Shown in pieces: positions 1 to 12,490 of a DNA stretch of 64,000 nucleotides. The stretch is taken from contig JAUCBJ010008795.1 of NCBI GenBank assembly GCA_032718475.1, positions 162,026-226,025 of the forward strand, written 5' to 3'. The position numbers were made by a program, and so were the translations under genes. Numbering within the stretch: position 1 is the first letter of the stretch; every line of letters begins with the position of its first letter. Source of the stretch: Nemertoderma westbladi (taxonomy: Eukaryota > Animalia > Xenacoelomorpha). Under the pieces are notes generated by a model. That model had not been told where the DNA came from. It did not search any database and saw only the letters and a program-made list of their open reading frames with translations.

Positions 1-1277
1 CTCCGTGGAAATCAGAATGGGTTCCGTAAAGGTCGTGGGACCATGGAGCCCATTTTGGCACTTAGAAGGATAATTGAAGAGTTATCAAAAAAGAAAGACA
101 GGCATCTGGCTGTTGTTATCTTTGTTGACTTCTTCAAGGCCTTTGATTCAGTCTCTCGCTCACGTATGTTCAGCATACTTTCATTATATGGGATTCCTGA
201 TGAAATTATTGCAGCAATCAGATGTATACGATGGTTCGACAACATTTGTGTCGACTGTTGACGGTGACACAGAACCATTTGAAGTGTTATGGGGCGTCCT
301 CCAGGGAGACACACTTGCACCATGCTTGTTCATAATTGTGGTTGACTATGTTCTACGCATGCCCTTAGATCATCATAATGATGATGGGGTGATGATAACT
401 CCACCTACTGGCTCCAGAAATCGAGGAAATCCTGCCAAGTACCTAACTGACCTGGACTTTGCTGATGACTTAGGAGTACTCTTAGAATCACTAGAGGGAA
501 CCCAACGGCTCCTCAGCTCATTAAAACAGGCTGCTTCTAGTGTTGGTCTTTTTATTAACTCCAGAAAGACCAACAGTCTGACAGTTAACTTTAAAAGTCC
601 TCAGCAAGTCTCTGATCGGTTGAGCATAAGCTCAAAGGATGGTATGCTTGAGCATGTGGACGACTTCTGTTACCTGGAATCATGGATCCGGAAGTCAGGT
701 GAGGACCTTCGACGTAAGGGAAAGGCATGGGCAGCCTTGAATAGGCTTTCCAGGATTTGGAAGTCACCGAGAATTAATCGGAAACTTAAGGTCCGATTAT
801 TTAGAGCAGCAGTAGTTCCAGTACTCCTCTATGGGATTCCATGCTGGGCTCTAACTGCTGAGGACACCAAATCTCTGGATGGCACATTCACAAGAATGCT
901 ACGCCGGGTTCATTGTGTCAAGTACAATGCACACATCTCCAACCAGACACTATATAACATTGGAGGTGTCTCATTGGTTCCCCCAAGCTTGACACTAGAA
1001 CAAAATCGCCTCCGCTTTGCAGGACATTGCTTTCGCCGTGAGGACCAGCCAGTGCATAATCTTGTACTTTGGCAGCCTCATGGAGTGAATAAGCATGGTG
1101 GACAGCCCATGACTTTCTTGAGACGCATCTTAAAGGACACTGGCCTTGAAGATGCGGATGATCTAGCAAATGTCATGGGTGATAGGGAGTTGTGGCGATG
1201 CAATTTTGTCGACAAGCCGGCACAGCATTCTTAAAAATGCAGCTGCAATGCAGCATGCCGATCCTAGTAGTAGCAGT
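1..1277 (+). mobile_element. RTE-clade non-LTR retrotransposon, 3' part (RT domain and C-terminus), frameshifted, with (TAG)n tail; cut by the window edge
   Basis: RT motifs FVDFFKAFDSV (ORF 43-261), then GVLQGDTLAP, LDFADDL and RLRFAGH (ORF 74-1234), with a frame switch near 220. Stop at 1234, short 3' UTR, then tagtagtag at ~1265-1273. The same 3' end and tail recur at ~59370-59409. Confidence 0.9.
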
Positions 1278-1734
1278 ACGGTCTCTAACTTACGATCTCT
1301 AACTTACGATCTCTAACTTACGATCTCTAACTTACGGTCTCTAACTTACGATCTCTAACTTACGATCTCTAACTTACGATCTCTAACTTACGATATCTAA
1401 CTTACGGTCTCTAACTTACGATCTCTAACTTACGATCTCTAACTTACGGTCTCTAACTTACGATCTCTAACTTACGATCTCTAACTTACGATCTCTAACT
1501 TACGGTCTCTAACTTACGATCTCTAACTTACGATCTCTAACTTACGATCTCTAACTAACGATCTCTAACTTACGAACTCTAACTTACGGTCTCTAACTTA
1601 CGATCTCTAACTTACGATCTCTAAACTTACGATCTCTAACTTACGATCTCTAACTTACGATCTCTAACTTACGATCTCTAAACTTACGATCTCTAACTTA
1701 CGATCTCTAACTTACGATCTCTAACTTACGATCT
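1278..1734. repeat. 14-bp tandem repeat (ACGATCTCTAACTT), ~32 copies
   Basis: Directly visible; ACGGTC variant interspersed; starts right after the LINE tail. Confidence 0.97.
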
Positions 1735-2387
1735 GCCATTGATCCCATTTTTGATTGCGAACAATAACAAAGTTATCTATAAACCGGATTATTATTATAT
1801 TGTATATATATATGTATATATATTGTAATAATAAGTGCCTAACAATAAACAAGTTTTTATAAATGAGTTTAAGCAGATTCAATAAAAATCGACAAAAACA
1901 CTTTGTGTGGACTTTGCGCAGCATAGCTAACCATAACTAGTAGTAGATACTACTATTATAACATTAATATCTTTTCGAGTTCCATTGCACCGTTGTTGCC
2001 CTGAATCAAAACGTTTAGTTTTTGGTCTATTTCATACCCAGAAACCAAAATTTACATACATAATAATACACATACTTAGCGTCAACTTGTTCCAATTTTT
2101 AGCGCCACCTAGTATCACCCAATGATACAGATCAAGCCAAGTGCCGCTTTTTCTCTGCTCTTAATGTTTGTTAACTTTTCATCTGGTCCTGCCTCAAAAG
2201 TTTTACTTAAATGGCACGCACCCTGATTGCACTGTGGCCAATTGGCTGCTGATTGCACTGTAGCAAAAATGGTTAGCAATTGAATTTTAGACCAAGCGAT
2301 TGATGAGAGGTGTTAAAGACACTGCATAGTGTTTCCACCCGACCACTCATCACGTGGCTCGCCCCACAATAATATTATAAAGTTAAA

Positions 2388-2693
2388 TTATCTGAAAGTT
2401 TGTAATGTTTGTAATTCGCCAGTTTGGTTTCGGTTAGCTATGGTATTGTTGCGATTTAATCGCCGCTTCCTTCTGACTTTCTCTATGAAGGTTGTCAGCA
2501 GTGTGTAGGCTCTGTGCAGCGTAAGGAAGGCAGTACATATGACAGCGGCTGTAGTCCAAACTGAAGTCGCGTAGACCTCAATGATTTCGGTATACACCGC
2601 CGCGTTGAAGTTAACAAATATTTCAATCCTCGAAGCCCTGACCCCCGATGGAAATATCCTAGTACTGCTGTACATGTTCAGTATAGATTGAAT
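2388..2693 (-). CDS. PACC1: PAC/TMEM206-like channel, terminal coding exon (end of ectodomain, TM2, basic cytoplasmic tail)
   Basis: Acceptor tttcctttacag|ATT, phase 0. Translates IQSILNMY...IFVNFNAAVYTEIIEVYATSVWTTAAVICTAFLTLHRAY...KVRRKRR...*. WTTAAVICTAFLTLHRA aligns without gaps to recalled human PAC TM2 WNTIALLCGAFLALFKA. Confidence 0.85.
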   Translation of the reverse strand: MQSILNMYSSTRIFPSGVRASRIEIFVNFNAAVYTEIIEVYATSVWTTAAVICTAFLTLHRAYTLLTTFIEKVRRKRRLNRNNTIANRNQTGELQTLQTFR

Positions 2694-4380
2694 CTGTAAA
2701 GGAAATTATTACTTGCATTACTCATTTAATATAGTAAGTTTTGTACAAATTATTTGTAGTCACATCATAATATCATATTCAGATACTTTTGTTTTAACCA
2801 AGAAGAATGCTGAATTTTGCATACGGGACAATGATAACAGCACGCCATCATTATATTAACTGTGTGTAAGTTAGTTACCGAGAGAAAGCCGCCCCAATAT
2901 TAGATTATTACAACAACATATCCATTGGGTAAGAAAGTGGAGGAGAGCCAGCCCGTCTCTTAATTTTTTACTTTATATTACGCGATCAATTTTCACTCAT
3001 CTCGTCATGAACCCAACATGTATGTAACCTTTTGTTAAATTTGTTGGCTATGCGTTTGAGGTTGTTTGGGCGGAGTGTGGTAGGCCTACACTTTTCATAC
3101 TTAAATATTTTGGTTGTGAAATGTTACAGGGCATAGCGATCTGAGATATTTCATTTATATTTTATTATGAGAGGAAGAAGAACATACAACGTTATTTACT
3201 ATGTAACAAAATAATTGTTTTCGGGTTTAACTTGGAAGCCTCCCCAAATAGTTGATATACAATTATATTTAAAATTATTTCCATGGTCATGGTCATTCAC
3301 CCGTCTTTAGTTAGAAATTTGTTTGCATGAAAGACAGTTTAGTTTAGTTTTTACTGATTTATTATCTCTTATCTGACTGGGGTAATAATAAAGGATAGGA
3401 TAAATGGAAGCAAAGTGTGACAGTAACAAATATTTCCCCGTCACCCTAGCATGTCTTAAGTATATGATATATCAAAGGGGGAAGTTTGGATTCACTGCAT
3501 AAATGCAGTTCACCAAACTTCCCCCGAATGCACACTGTAACTTCCCCCTTCCCACAAATATCCACTGTTGAATTAATTTGAAGCGATATAATAAGTACAA
3601 AATTGTGCGAGTTTTTAATTGTGTGGTCCAATTGTTATTTGATTTCTATTTATTATTTAAAGTGCATTTAATATCACACTGGTTTTTAGAATATTATACT
3701 ATACAACCTTATGTTTTATTAATTTACCCAATCGAAGCCTCATAAGGGCCGGTTATTTGTACGCATATCCCCTAATGCGCTCAGTAAGGTTCAAACAACA
3801 TATTAATATGAAAATAAAGTATCTGCAAAGAAAATAACCCAATACTATATAATTTGACCTTATTAAAAAATTTGCACTTTTGCACACTTATTTGTACAAG
3901 TGCACTTTAGCAGATCGTAATGGTGGCTCTTATTTAACAAACTTATGTTTATCCTTTGCCGATCTACGATAGTGTATGATCAAGTGTCAGTCGCTAAAAG
4001 TGTCAAAAATCCAATTTAATAAATCTGGATTTGCGATTTTGGACCATATTCATGGACATTTTAAGTCACTTTATAGACATAAAAAGTTAAACAAATGTTA
4101 CGATTATAGTTAGAAATCATTCCAAACTACATTTTAATCCAAAAAATAACATTCTACGATGAATAGAACTGGAAATAATAGTGTTTGAAATATCGAAAAA
4201 ATGTTCACTATTTAAGTGCATTTTGCACTAAGTGCACATGCGTCTTTTCCCAAGTTGTATCCTATTTCACACACTACAATCTATTCTCTATCCAATGAAA
4301 AAAGTTTCAGATTAAACGGCCCTCTAGAACCGAAGTTATTTATGTTTAAAAATAGTCACTCGAAAATTTCAAATTCTATT

Positions 4381-4453
4381 GGTCACATAGTCTAGTGGTT
4401 ATCAATCACGTTAATGAAACCTAAGTTCGTGGGTTCGAAACCCAATATTGACC
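4381..4453 (+). pseudogene. tRNA-derived fragment (SINE-head-like or tRNA pseudogene)
   Basis: A-box-like TAGTCTAGTGG, B-box-like GGTTCGAAACC, partial acceptor stem ggtca/tgacc; anticodon arm does not fold cleanly. Confidence 0.45.
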
Positions 4454-5802
4454 TGACCATTCTTAATTTTTTTGCAAAAAAAATTATTTTTACTTTTTCA
4501 CTAAAATCGCTCTAACTTCGGTTCTGGTGGTCCAAATTCAATAAAATTGGTATATTCTTTGCCGTAATTTTTTTCTTAATCTTTTGAGAAGGGGTTATTT
4601 TTGGCCCCAAAAAAATTAAAAAAAAGGGCCAAAATAACGCGATATTTTTCGACCCTTAAAATTCGTAATTTTAATTATATATGTTAAGATAAAAGATAGC
4701 GGAGTTAATTTGATACTTTTTACAGGTACTTTTGGCGCAATACGCTAAATTATAATGGAATAGCGATTTGTTAAAAAAAAAAATTTTTCGTCCCTTTTTA
4801 TAAATATTATATTTCACACGATCGCCTGCCGCTCCAGTTTTATAATACCTCCAGCGCTGTGATTAACGCTGTTAGATAGATAATTTAACGCACTATAAGT
4901 CTGTGTAAACAAATCTCCCGTAAGTTAAGTAGTTTTCGAGCTAGACGATTTCCCGCGAAGCAAGTTTGAAGCGCAAAATTATAATTTTGGCCCTCATTTT
5001 TTAATATCATCCTTGGAGCAAAACCGATAGCATATTTGAATTCCCCGTATGGATATTGACTGTATAGAATGTACCTTAACCAACTAAAGTTAAAAATAAA
5101 AAATTATTCGATAAAAACTACTTTACAAATTCTGGCCCTTTTTGGCCCCTATTGCCGACATATTTTTTGTACCCCCATTCGATAGGAACGTAGCCCCAAT
5201 GGTCTTCTACGAGTTTCATAAAAGAATTAGTGGATTCCTACCCGCGTTGTCGAATTAAACATTTCAGAAATAAGTTTTCCAAAAAAGACGGACAAAAACG
5301 TACAAATTTACAGCCCCTTTTTCCACCCGAAATTTTAATAAATATCTTACCCCCATTCGATACGAAGGTAGTACCACTCTTCCCCTTTCCAACCGCGTTA
5401 CTTTCGTCCCCGTACGATTAATATTAGCCGAGTTATAGCCGATCCCGCAAAGTCATTTTGTCCGTTTTTTCAACTTTGACGGACATTTTCGGAAAAAAGG
5501 CGTGGTAATCTTTTTTGAAAAAAAAAACGAATTCACTAATTAATCCCTTCTATCGTATCCCGGCGTCGGCTAAGCAATAACCTAGGGTTTTTTCGAGCCA
5601 CTGTAGAGCGCCTTTCAAAAAAATTTTAAAATTGTCGAAAAAATGACGGTTTTTTGTCCGCCGTGTCCGTCGAAGGGTTATATTTCATAATGTTAGAGTT
5701 GCTAATATGTTAGAATTCCGAGCCGCTCCCCTGGTGAGAAAATAAAAAAATTTGGTCAGTTCCTTCATCGAAAAGTCCCCCAGAATCCCAAGTTAACCTA
5801 TA

Positions 5803-6204
5803 TAGTTAGCGAGGGCCTGCGGCTTTAGGAGCGGCCGCGGTATTCACCTCCCTCATAGCGGCCGCGGCGGTGTTGCGTCAAATGGAGAAATATTTATCCC
5901 ACCAAGCGAGTTAATGTAATGATTCACTCAAATGATTAATATTTATGTCGAATAAGGGTCTTGAGCATCGGCTATTATTGATAATAGCAGTGGCTTAAGA
6001 ACCGTACTCGTCATAAATATTAATTATTTAAGTTAGTTACACCATGGAACAATACCATGGTTATAAATACTCTAGGCTAAATTAGTTTTCACTATGAAAT
6101 GGAAATGAAAAAATATATAAAACAATCGGGGGAATAAGGTTGCCTTTTTATAATTACTTTCTTCTTATTTCCCGAGCAGGCGCATCAAGCAGGTCAATAA
6201 CTAG
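5803..6204 (+). mobile_element. Possible short non-autonomous Helitron-like element
   Basis: GC-rich 5' segment (gagggcctgcggctttaggagcggccgcgg) and a GC-rich subterminal segment followed by CTAG at ~6201-6204; no TIR or TSD seen. Confidence 0.3.
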
Positions 6205-6381
6205 ATATTAAATAAATAAAGTAGTTCATATAATGTACAATATTTAACAACATTTAATTGTATCAATATTTGCAATTATTACAAGAGGTTGATTAACCAC
6301 GAGGTTGATAATTGTGATTCTACCAAGATTCTGATGTGATCAAACTAATAGTTATAATGTTATTATACTCCTCCTCATTAA

Positions 6382-7607
6382 CCCTATTACCACAGGGGGG
6401 GGGGGGGGGGGGGGGTCGAATCGGCCCCTTCCTAGTTTTTAATTGCTGTATCTATGCAACCACATTATGTACCAGCCCAATTTTTACGACAATTAGTCAA
6501 ATTAAATGGCGCATCTTTTGCATAAAACGGCGTTGCAATTAGATTTCAACTTTTCGATGTGGGTGCCACCTCAAAATTTGGTCCCAAGCAGAACTTTTTT
6601 TAAAAATTTTCGAATTTTACAAGGTCATTTGTGAGTTAGTAATTATTTATGTTGGGGCTTTTTTTATTGATTCTGATTCGTATGGAGCACTCTCCTACTC
6701 TATATAAGTATGTAAGGGAAGTGGTGCGTCATTTTTGGTGCACTATAATTAGGGCGTGGCACTTCAAATTTTCAAAATTGCAATGTTCGTTAAATACTCA
6801 GAAGTTTTGATTTCAACGCATTTTTATGGGTTTTCTGGCCTGCTTAATCGATTGAAAGTAATATATAAGACTCAATTCTTAGTGGTACATCATTTTTGGT
6901 GCACCAAAATTAGGGTGTGGCAAGTAGGCTTACTTCAAATTTTAAACATTACGATATTCAGAAAATACCACAAGTTTTTCAATCAACCAATTTTTATAGG
7001 ATATCTGGACCGCTGAATCGATTGAAAGTAATATTGAAGCTTCAAGTCTTAGTGGTACGTCATTATTGGTACACCACAATTAGGACGTGGTACTTTTTCA
7101 AAATTTGAATAAGTGCCACTCTCTAGTTTTGGTGCACCGAAGCACTAAGTCTTCAGGCTTCGATAATATTTTCATCGATTCAGCGGTCCAGAAAACCTAT
7201 AAAAACGCTTTTAAATCAAAAGAAGGGGGTATTTTCCGAATATCGTATTTTTCAAAATTTGAAGTGCCACGCCCACTTCTTAGGTGCACGAAAAATAGCA
7301 TCCCGTTCAATTTTAGGAAATGGAATATAATCACATTCGATTCAGCGTAGTGAAAAACCTACTAATGCTAGACTACAATGCCACACTATCAGTTTTTAGA
7401 ATATCAAAAAAATTTACATTTTGTCTTGGGACTACTTCTATTTTTCATGAAAATTATTATAACCACCTTATGAAATTTTCATTTTTTTGGATTTGAAAAT
7501 TTTCTTCGATAATTTTTTCACCTACAGTACAACAATACAGTGTGGGGGGGGCGAATCGACCCCCCGCCAGTGCTGCTAATGGTCTAAACACCCCAGTGGT
7601 AATAGGG
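6382..7607. mobile_element. Non-autonomous piggyBac-like DNA transposon
   Basis: TTAA at 6378-6381 and 7608-7611; TIR CCCTATTACCAC...GTGGTAATAGGG; subterminal ggggg-cgaatcg-cccc motifs at both ends; no transposase ORF. Confidence 0.9.
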
Positions 7608-7614
7608 TTAATGG

Positions 7615-7810
7615 TAGACCTTCTCCATGCAGCTCAGTGGAACCTTTGCTGCTCTAGAGCTGCTCTAACTGAGAAGACGCCATGTCTCTGGATGAACGTT
7701 GCCTACGATGCACACATAAGCAATGATGTGTTATACAACTAAGGCAACATCTCATTGTCAAGACCCTCAACTAACTTCCTCAAACGCCTACTCAAGTACA
7801 CAGGACTTCT
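7615..7810 (+). mobile_element. Degenerate RTE-like LINE fragment (C-terminal region, divergent family)
   Basis: Translates ...NVAYDAHISNDVLYN... and KRLLKYTG, resembling CVKYNAHISNQTLYN...RLRFAG of the LINE at 1-1277. Confidence 0.55.
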
Positions 7811-8087
7811 GACTTCATCACGCCTACTCAAGTACACAGGACTTCTCAAGTACACAGGACTACTCAAATGCACATGACTACTGACTTCCTCACGCCTACT
7901 CAAGTACACAGGACTTCTGACTTCCTCAAACGCCACTCAAGTACACAGGACTTCTAACTTCCTCAAACGCCCACTCAAGTACACAGGACTTCTGACTTCA
8001 TCACGCCTACTCAAGTACACAGGACTTCTCAAGTACACTGTACTACTCAAGTACACAGGACTACTCAAGTACACAGGACTACTCAAG
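7775..8087. repeat. Irregular minisatellite built on CTACTCAAGTACACAGGA, with longer ~37-bp units
   Basis: Directly visible; the core equals the RLLKYTG-coding segment of the adjacent LINE fragment. Confidence 0.9.
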
Positions 8088-9972
8088 TTGTGGAAATATC
8101 TCACTTTATATAGCTATTTGTACATTAGTTTTTCGTAAAAATCTTTAAAAATTTCGATACATTTGCTTTGATTCTACGATTTAGTTTAAAACTGTATTTA
8201 CCATATCTAATATATTTTGGCACTCTTACATCACCTCGTCCAATAGCCCGGTAGGTTAGCGCGTAGGTCGTGCGTATATTAGGTCAAGGGTTCGAATCTC
8301 GTTCGGTAAATTTGTATTTCGATTTCGCTAAAAATAGCTGAGCCAATAGCGTGCGTACAACAAATAGAACTGATTAGCTGGGCCAATGAAATGTGTTAAA
8401 TAATTTATTGGAATGTTGTGGAACCGGTTCTAGTGCGATTCCATGCCTCGAATTTACTATAAATGGTGCCATTTGCCCTTTAGTTATCACTGTTTAAGTT
8501 CTCACTTATACTTATTCTTAACTAATCATTCTACACTTATCAGTTAGAAATTTGTACTTACACTTCTTTAGTTAAAGTTTTGTTATTTGTAAAACCCTTT
8601 AGTAATTTGTTTAAACTGTTTGATTACGTTAAAAATATACTGAAAACTCAGAACATGAAGCTTTTAGCGTATCTATCTTGAGACAGCCGACATTAGAAGG
8701 ATGGCTGCCTAAATATTTAGGCCACAGCAACGCAAGGGGGAGGAATGCCCGCAACGCATAAGGGACCCACACTATTCGACCACGCCGCCGCCCACTTGGA
8801 ACATGACGCATCAGCCTGAGAGTGCCCAGCCCATGTCCGAGGTAAGACTTTGTTCGATGCCTTTGCCCGCCGTAAGACTGTAGATCAGGGTGAAGTGTGA
8901 TGACGTCCTGGGACGCCGTAAAATGTAGGAGTTAAATATCTCGGATCCAGACAGAAACCCCACGGTTGATCTGCATCGTACACAGGTGCGAGCTGGTGCT
9001 GTTTGTTAGTGCGCGCAAGTACACTAGGTGCAAATAGCACACTCTATAATTTGGTGACTTTACCGTACTAGCGATTCAGAACTGGGTAGCGCTGTAGGCT
9101 TTGCTGTCAACTGATCTGTCTGGGTTTGACGTATTTACTCAGGCAAAGGGCAGCTTTCTGCTACCGGCACGCATTTAGGCTAAAGGACGGTTACTAACAC
9201 CCTACCGCGCCCTTGCCACGTACTGCTAGGTATTTCCTGTATACCACCGCGGCAACAAAATTCTAGAATCAAATTACATACCAGATGAGCTAGTGGTACG
9301 GTAGCAAAATTAACACCCTATTCTCTATTTCACAATCAGAGTCTGGTATCAGGTGCCGATTACGGGCGTAGTTACTAGTCAGTCAGTCAGTCATTCGTCT
9401 TTAATAAGATTAAGGAACAGACATCGTAAGATAACCATTGTGATAAATGTAATTTTGTCAATTGTGAAAAAATACGTGTAATTTATGTTACTGTTGGGGA
9501 GTAACATAAATTACATTTCGCAAACTAACACCTCTCCCAGGGGTTTGTCCGGCTAGTAAATCATCACCAATCTTTATCTTCTACCTTTAGTTCATAAATT
9601 ATATGATTTAAATTCAAAGTTTCAGAAACAATTTGCTCTGTTTGAGGGGGGACTAATAAGATTCAATTAAAGTAATGTTCTAGAATTGAATACTATAATA
9701 AATTGTAGAGTAAGATGTAAGTTAATGGTAGATTTATAAATTATTGCTCTGATGTCATGCACCAAATTTCAAATTTCGGCAATCAGAAGGTATAAGCCGT
9801 AATTGAATTTTAAATAGACTTAATACATCTACAATTTGTTAACACCAATTAAGAAATATCAAATGCTGTAATGATAGCCAAGACTTACGCTTTTCCTTTT
9901 TATTGTAGGTTTTCCGATTTAATGAAAAATATTCCATACGTTGTAATTTGTGGCTTGTTGGGAACAACTATT

Positions 9973-10084
9973 CTTGGTTATGATAAAGATGTTACTAATT
10001 GTTTATACTTGGTTATGATAAAGATGTTACTAATTGTTTATACTTGGTTATGATAAAGAGGTTACTAATTGTTTATACTTGGTT
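9973..10084. repeat. 35-bp tandem repeat, ~3 copies (CTTGGTTATGATAAAGATGTTACTAATTGTTTATA)
   Basis: Directly visible; unrelated in sequence to the large 35-bp satellite. Confidence 0.9.
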
Positions 10085-10105
10085 TTGAGACTGGGTCTGT
10101 CACGC

Positions 10106-10168
10106 CATGGAATGCTATATAGAGATTATATAGAGACTATATAGAGAATCTCTATATAGCATTCCATG
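10106..10168. mobile_element. 63-bp hairpin mini-MITE
   Basis: Arms CATGGAATGCTATATAGAGA / TCTCTATATAGCATTCCATG; flanks gtcacgc / gtcaccc form a 7-bp near-TSD. Confidence 0.6.
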
Positions 10169-10451
10169 GTCACCCATAAGAATGGATTATAGTTGAGCTG
10201 TTTATGAAACTTGAAGTTTTAGAAATAATAAATAATATTGTAATAAGTTGTTCAGAAATGGAAAAAATTAAGAAGCGCGTCACCGGGGGTTGAACCAGCG
10301 CAATACGTACGCCTATCAACCCCCGGTGACGCGCTTTCTCATTTTTTTCACAATATCACCTATAGGAATATTCGGCAGCGTGTTGAGGGCTTCTCTTCTA
10401 CACTAATGCTCCTAGCTAGGACGTAAGTGTATTCGCGTTATAAAGCAAGAT

Positions 10452-11220
10452 GGTAGGCCTTTATTGGTTACACGAGAGTTACTCGTGCTTTATAATCAGG
10501 GTAGGCCTATATTGGTTACACGAGAGTTACTCGTGCTTTATAATCAGGGTAGGCCTATATTGGTTACACGAGAGTTACTCGTGATTTATAATCAGGGTAG
10601 GCCTATATTGGTTACACGAGAGTTACTCGTGCTTTATAATCAGGGTAGGCCTATATTGGTTACACGAGAGTTACTCGTGATTTATAATCAGGGTAGGCCT
10701 ATATTGGTTACACGAGAGTTACTCGTGCTTTATAATCAGGGTAGGCCTATATTGGTTACACGAGAGTTACTCGTGCTTTATAATCAGGGTAGGCCTATAT
10801 TGGTTACACGAGAGTTACTCGTGCTTTATAATCAGGGTAGGCCTATATTGGTTACACGAGAGTTACTCGTGCTTTATAATCAGGGTAGGCCTATATTGGT
10901 TACACGAGAGTTACTCGTGATTTATAATCAGGGTAGGCCTATATTGGTTACACGAGAGTTACTCGTGCTTTATAATCAGGGTAGGCCTATATTGGTTACA
11001 CGAGAGTTACTCGTGCTTTATAATCAGGGTAGGCCTATATTGGTTACACGAGAGTTACTCGTGCTTTATAATCAGGGTAGGCCTATATTGGTTACACGAG
11101 AGTTACTCGTGCTTTATAATCAGGGTAGGCCTATATTGGTTACACGAGAGTTACTCGTGCTTTATAATCAGGGTAGGCCTATATTGGTTACACGAGAGTT
11201 ACTCGTGATTTATAATCAGG
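10452..11220. repeat. 48-bp tandem repeat, ~16 near-identical copies
   Basis: Unit GGTAGGCCTATATTGGTTACACGAGAGTTACTCGTG(C/A)TTTATAATCAG; contains a CACGAG-agtta-CTCGTG hairpin. Confidence 0.97.
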
Positions 11221-12199
11221 ACAGTGACGTGTCGTAATCACCCGTAAATAATAAATTAAGGGTTGGTTGGGTGACATACGGCAGACGTTCGGTGGTTTGT
11301 CTGCTCCTCCAAGTACACATCGGTAAGGACATTAAGACAAAGTCACTCATTTATATGAGTTTAAAACTTATTGGTTCTGCAAGATTAAACCAGGGTCGGA
11401 TGGAGAATGAAGTTGATACTAACAAATGTTCGCAATCATATACGATATACAACACTTCGAAACATAGTATCTACACATGATGTATGTTTTCAAACCACGA
11501 TGCAATTACCAAAAGAATAAATAAGTGTATAGTGAGTACTGTTATTACTCACTATAAGTATGGTGGTCTACATCAACCAAAACAAAAAATACTTTTCTAT
11601 CATTGACTTCTTTGGGCAAAAAATGTGTTGTGAAAAAGTTGTGAATTTGAAGTGAAAATGCCAATTTTGACATAAAATGTTGTGAAAATGTGACGTTAAA
11701 AGGTACACGACACATATTTTCACATCAAAATTTCATTGGCTAAAATTTGGGTCTTCCCCGTCGTACAATATTATTTTTTGAAACATGGTGGCCAATTTAT
11801 TATATTCAATACATTTACATTTATCAAATTACAAAGTGCCGACCTACTAGATTAAAATGCCCCCTTCTCACAATACCGTTCTCACATTCTTCCACACCAT
11901 TGCGCCTCTCTCTCCCTTCTCACGCGCTCCTCTTCAACTGCTGCCCACTGTCTCCGGCTCATTGTCTGTGATGAACCTTGGCCCACATGTTGGAGTTTGT
12001 GACACACTGAGTCTGTACTCTCACACTGTGCCATTACGGCTAACAATATCGAGTGAAAATCAATTAAATATGTAACTCTCAATATGTTTGTAATGAACCC
12101 CCCTAGCCGTTGCATGCCGCCTCATCAGTTATTTTTGCATATCCAACCTGGACACTAGCAAAATCACTTGAAACTTGAACAACGAATTGATGGTTGCTA

Positions 12200-12490
12200 C
12201 CCAAGACTAGTAAGGGCAGCCCAAAATATCAGCTGGAGACAACACATGAAAAACGCCGAGCTCTATGATACAATACAACCTATATCAACCACCCTCCGTA
12301 AACGCAGATTACGATTCAGTGGGAACTGATGGAGAAGTAAAGACGAGGTCATACCAGATTCAGAGGCAACCAACACAAGGAAAGCGTACGGAAAGCGGAC
12401 GGACGAGCTTGAAAGGGATACTGAACTTGGGAGAAACGAAATTGCGACAACTATGGAGAATCGGGAAGCCTGGAAGGATCTCATTTCAAT
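12200..12490 (+). mobile_element. Degenerate RTE-like LINE 3' fragment (another family)
   Basis: Translates RLVRAAQNISWRQHMKNAELYDTIQPISTTLRKRRLRFSGN*WRSKDEV, typical of the RTE post-RT region. Confidence 0.7.

Noticed and set aside
1278-1734. Telomeric repeat
   Set aside because: The 14-bp unit is not G-rich on either strand and the array is internal, flanked by ordinary sequence.
8240-8310. tRNA gene
   Set aside because: Only a GGTTCGAATC B-box and a weak A-box; no cloverleaf.
8088-10351. Solo LTR (TGTGG...TCACA with TATA-like and tRNA-like motifs)
   Set aside because: No matching TSD, second LTR, clear primer-binding site or gag/pol remnant; left unclassified.
10464-11237. 257-aa repeat-protein ORF
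   Set aside because: The 48-bp unit is a multiple of 3 and stop-free; no ATG start and no unique flanking coding sequence.
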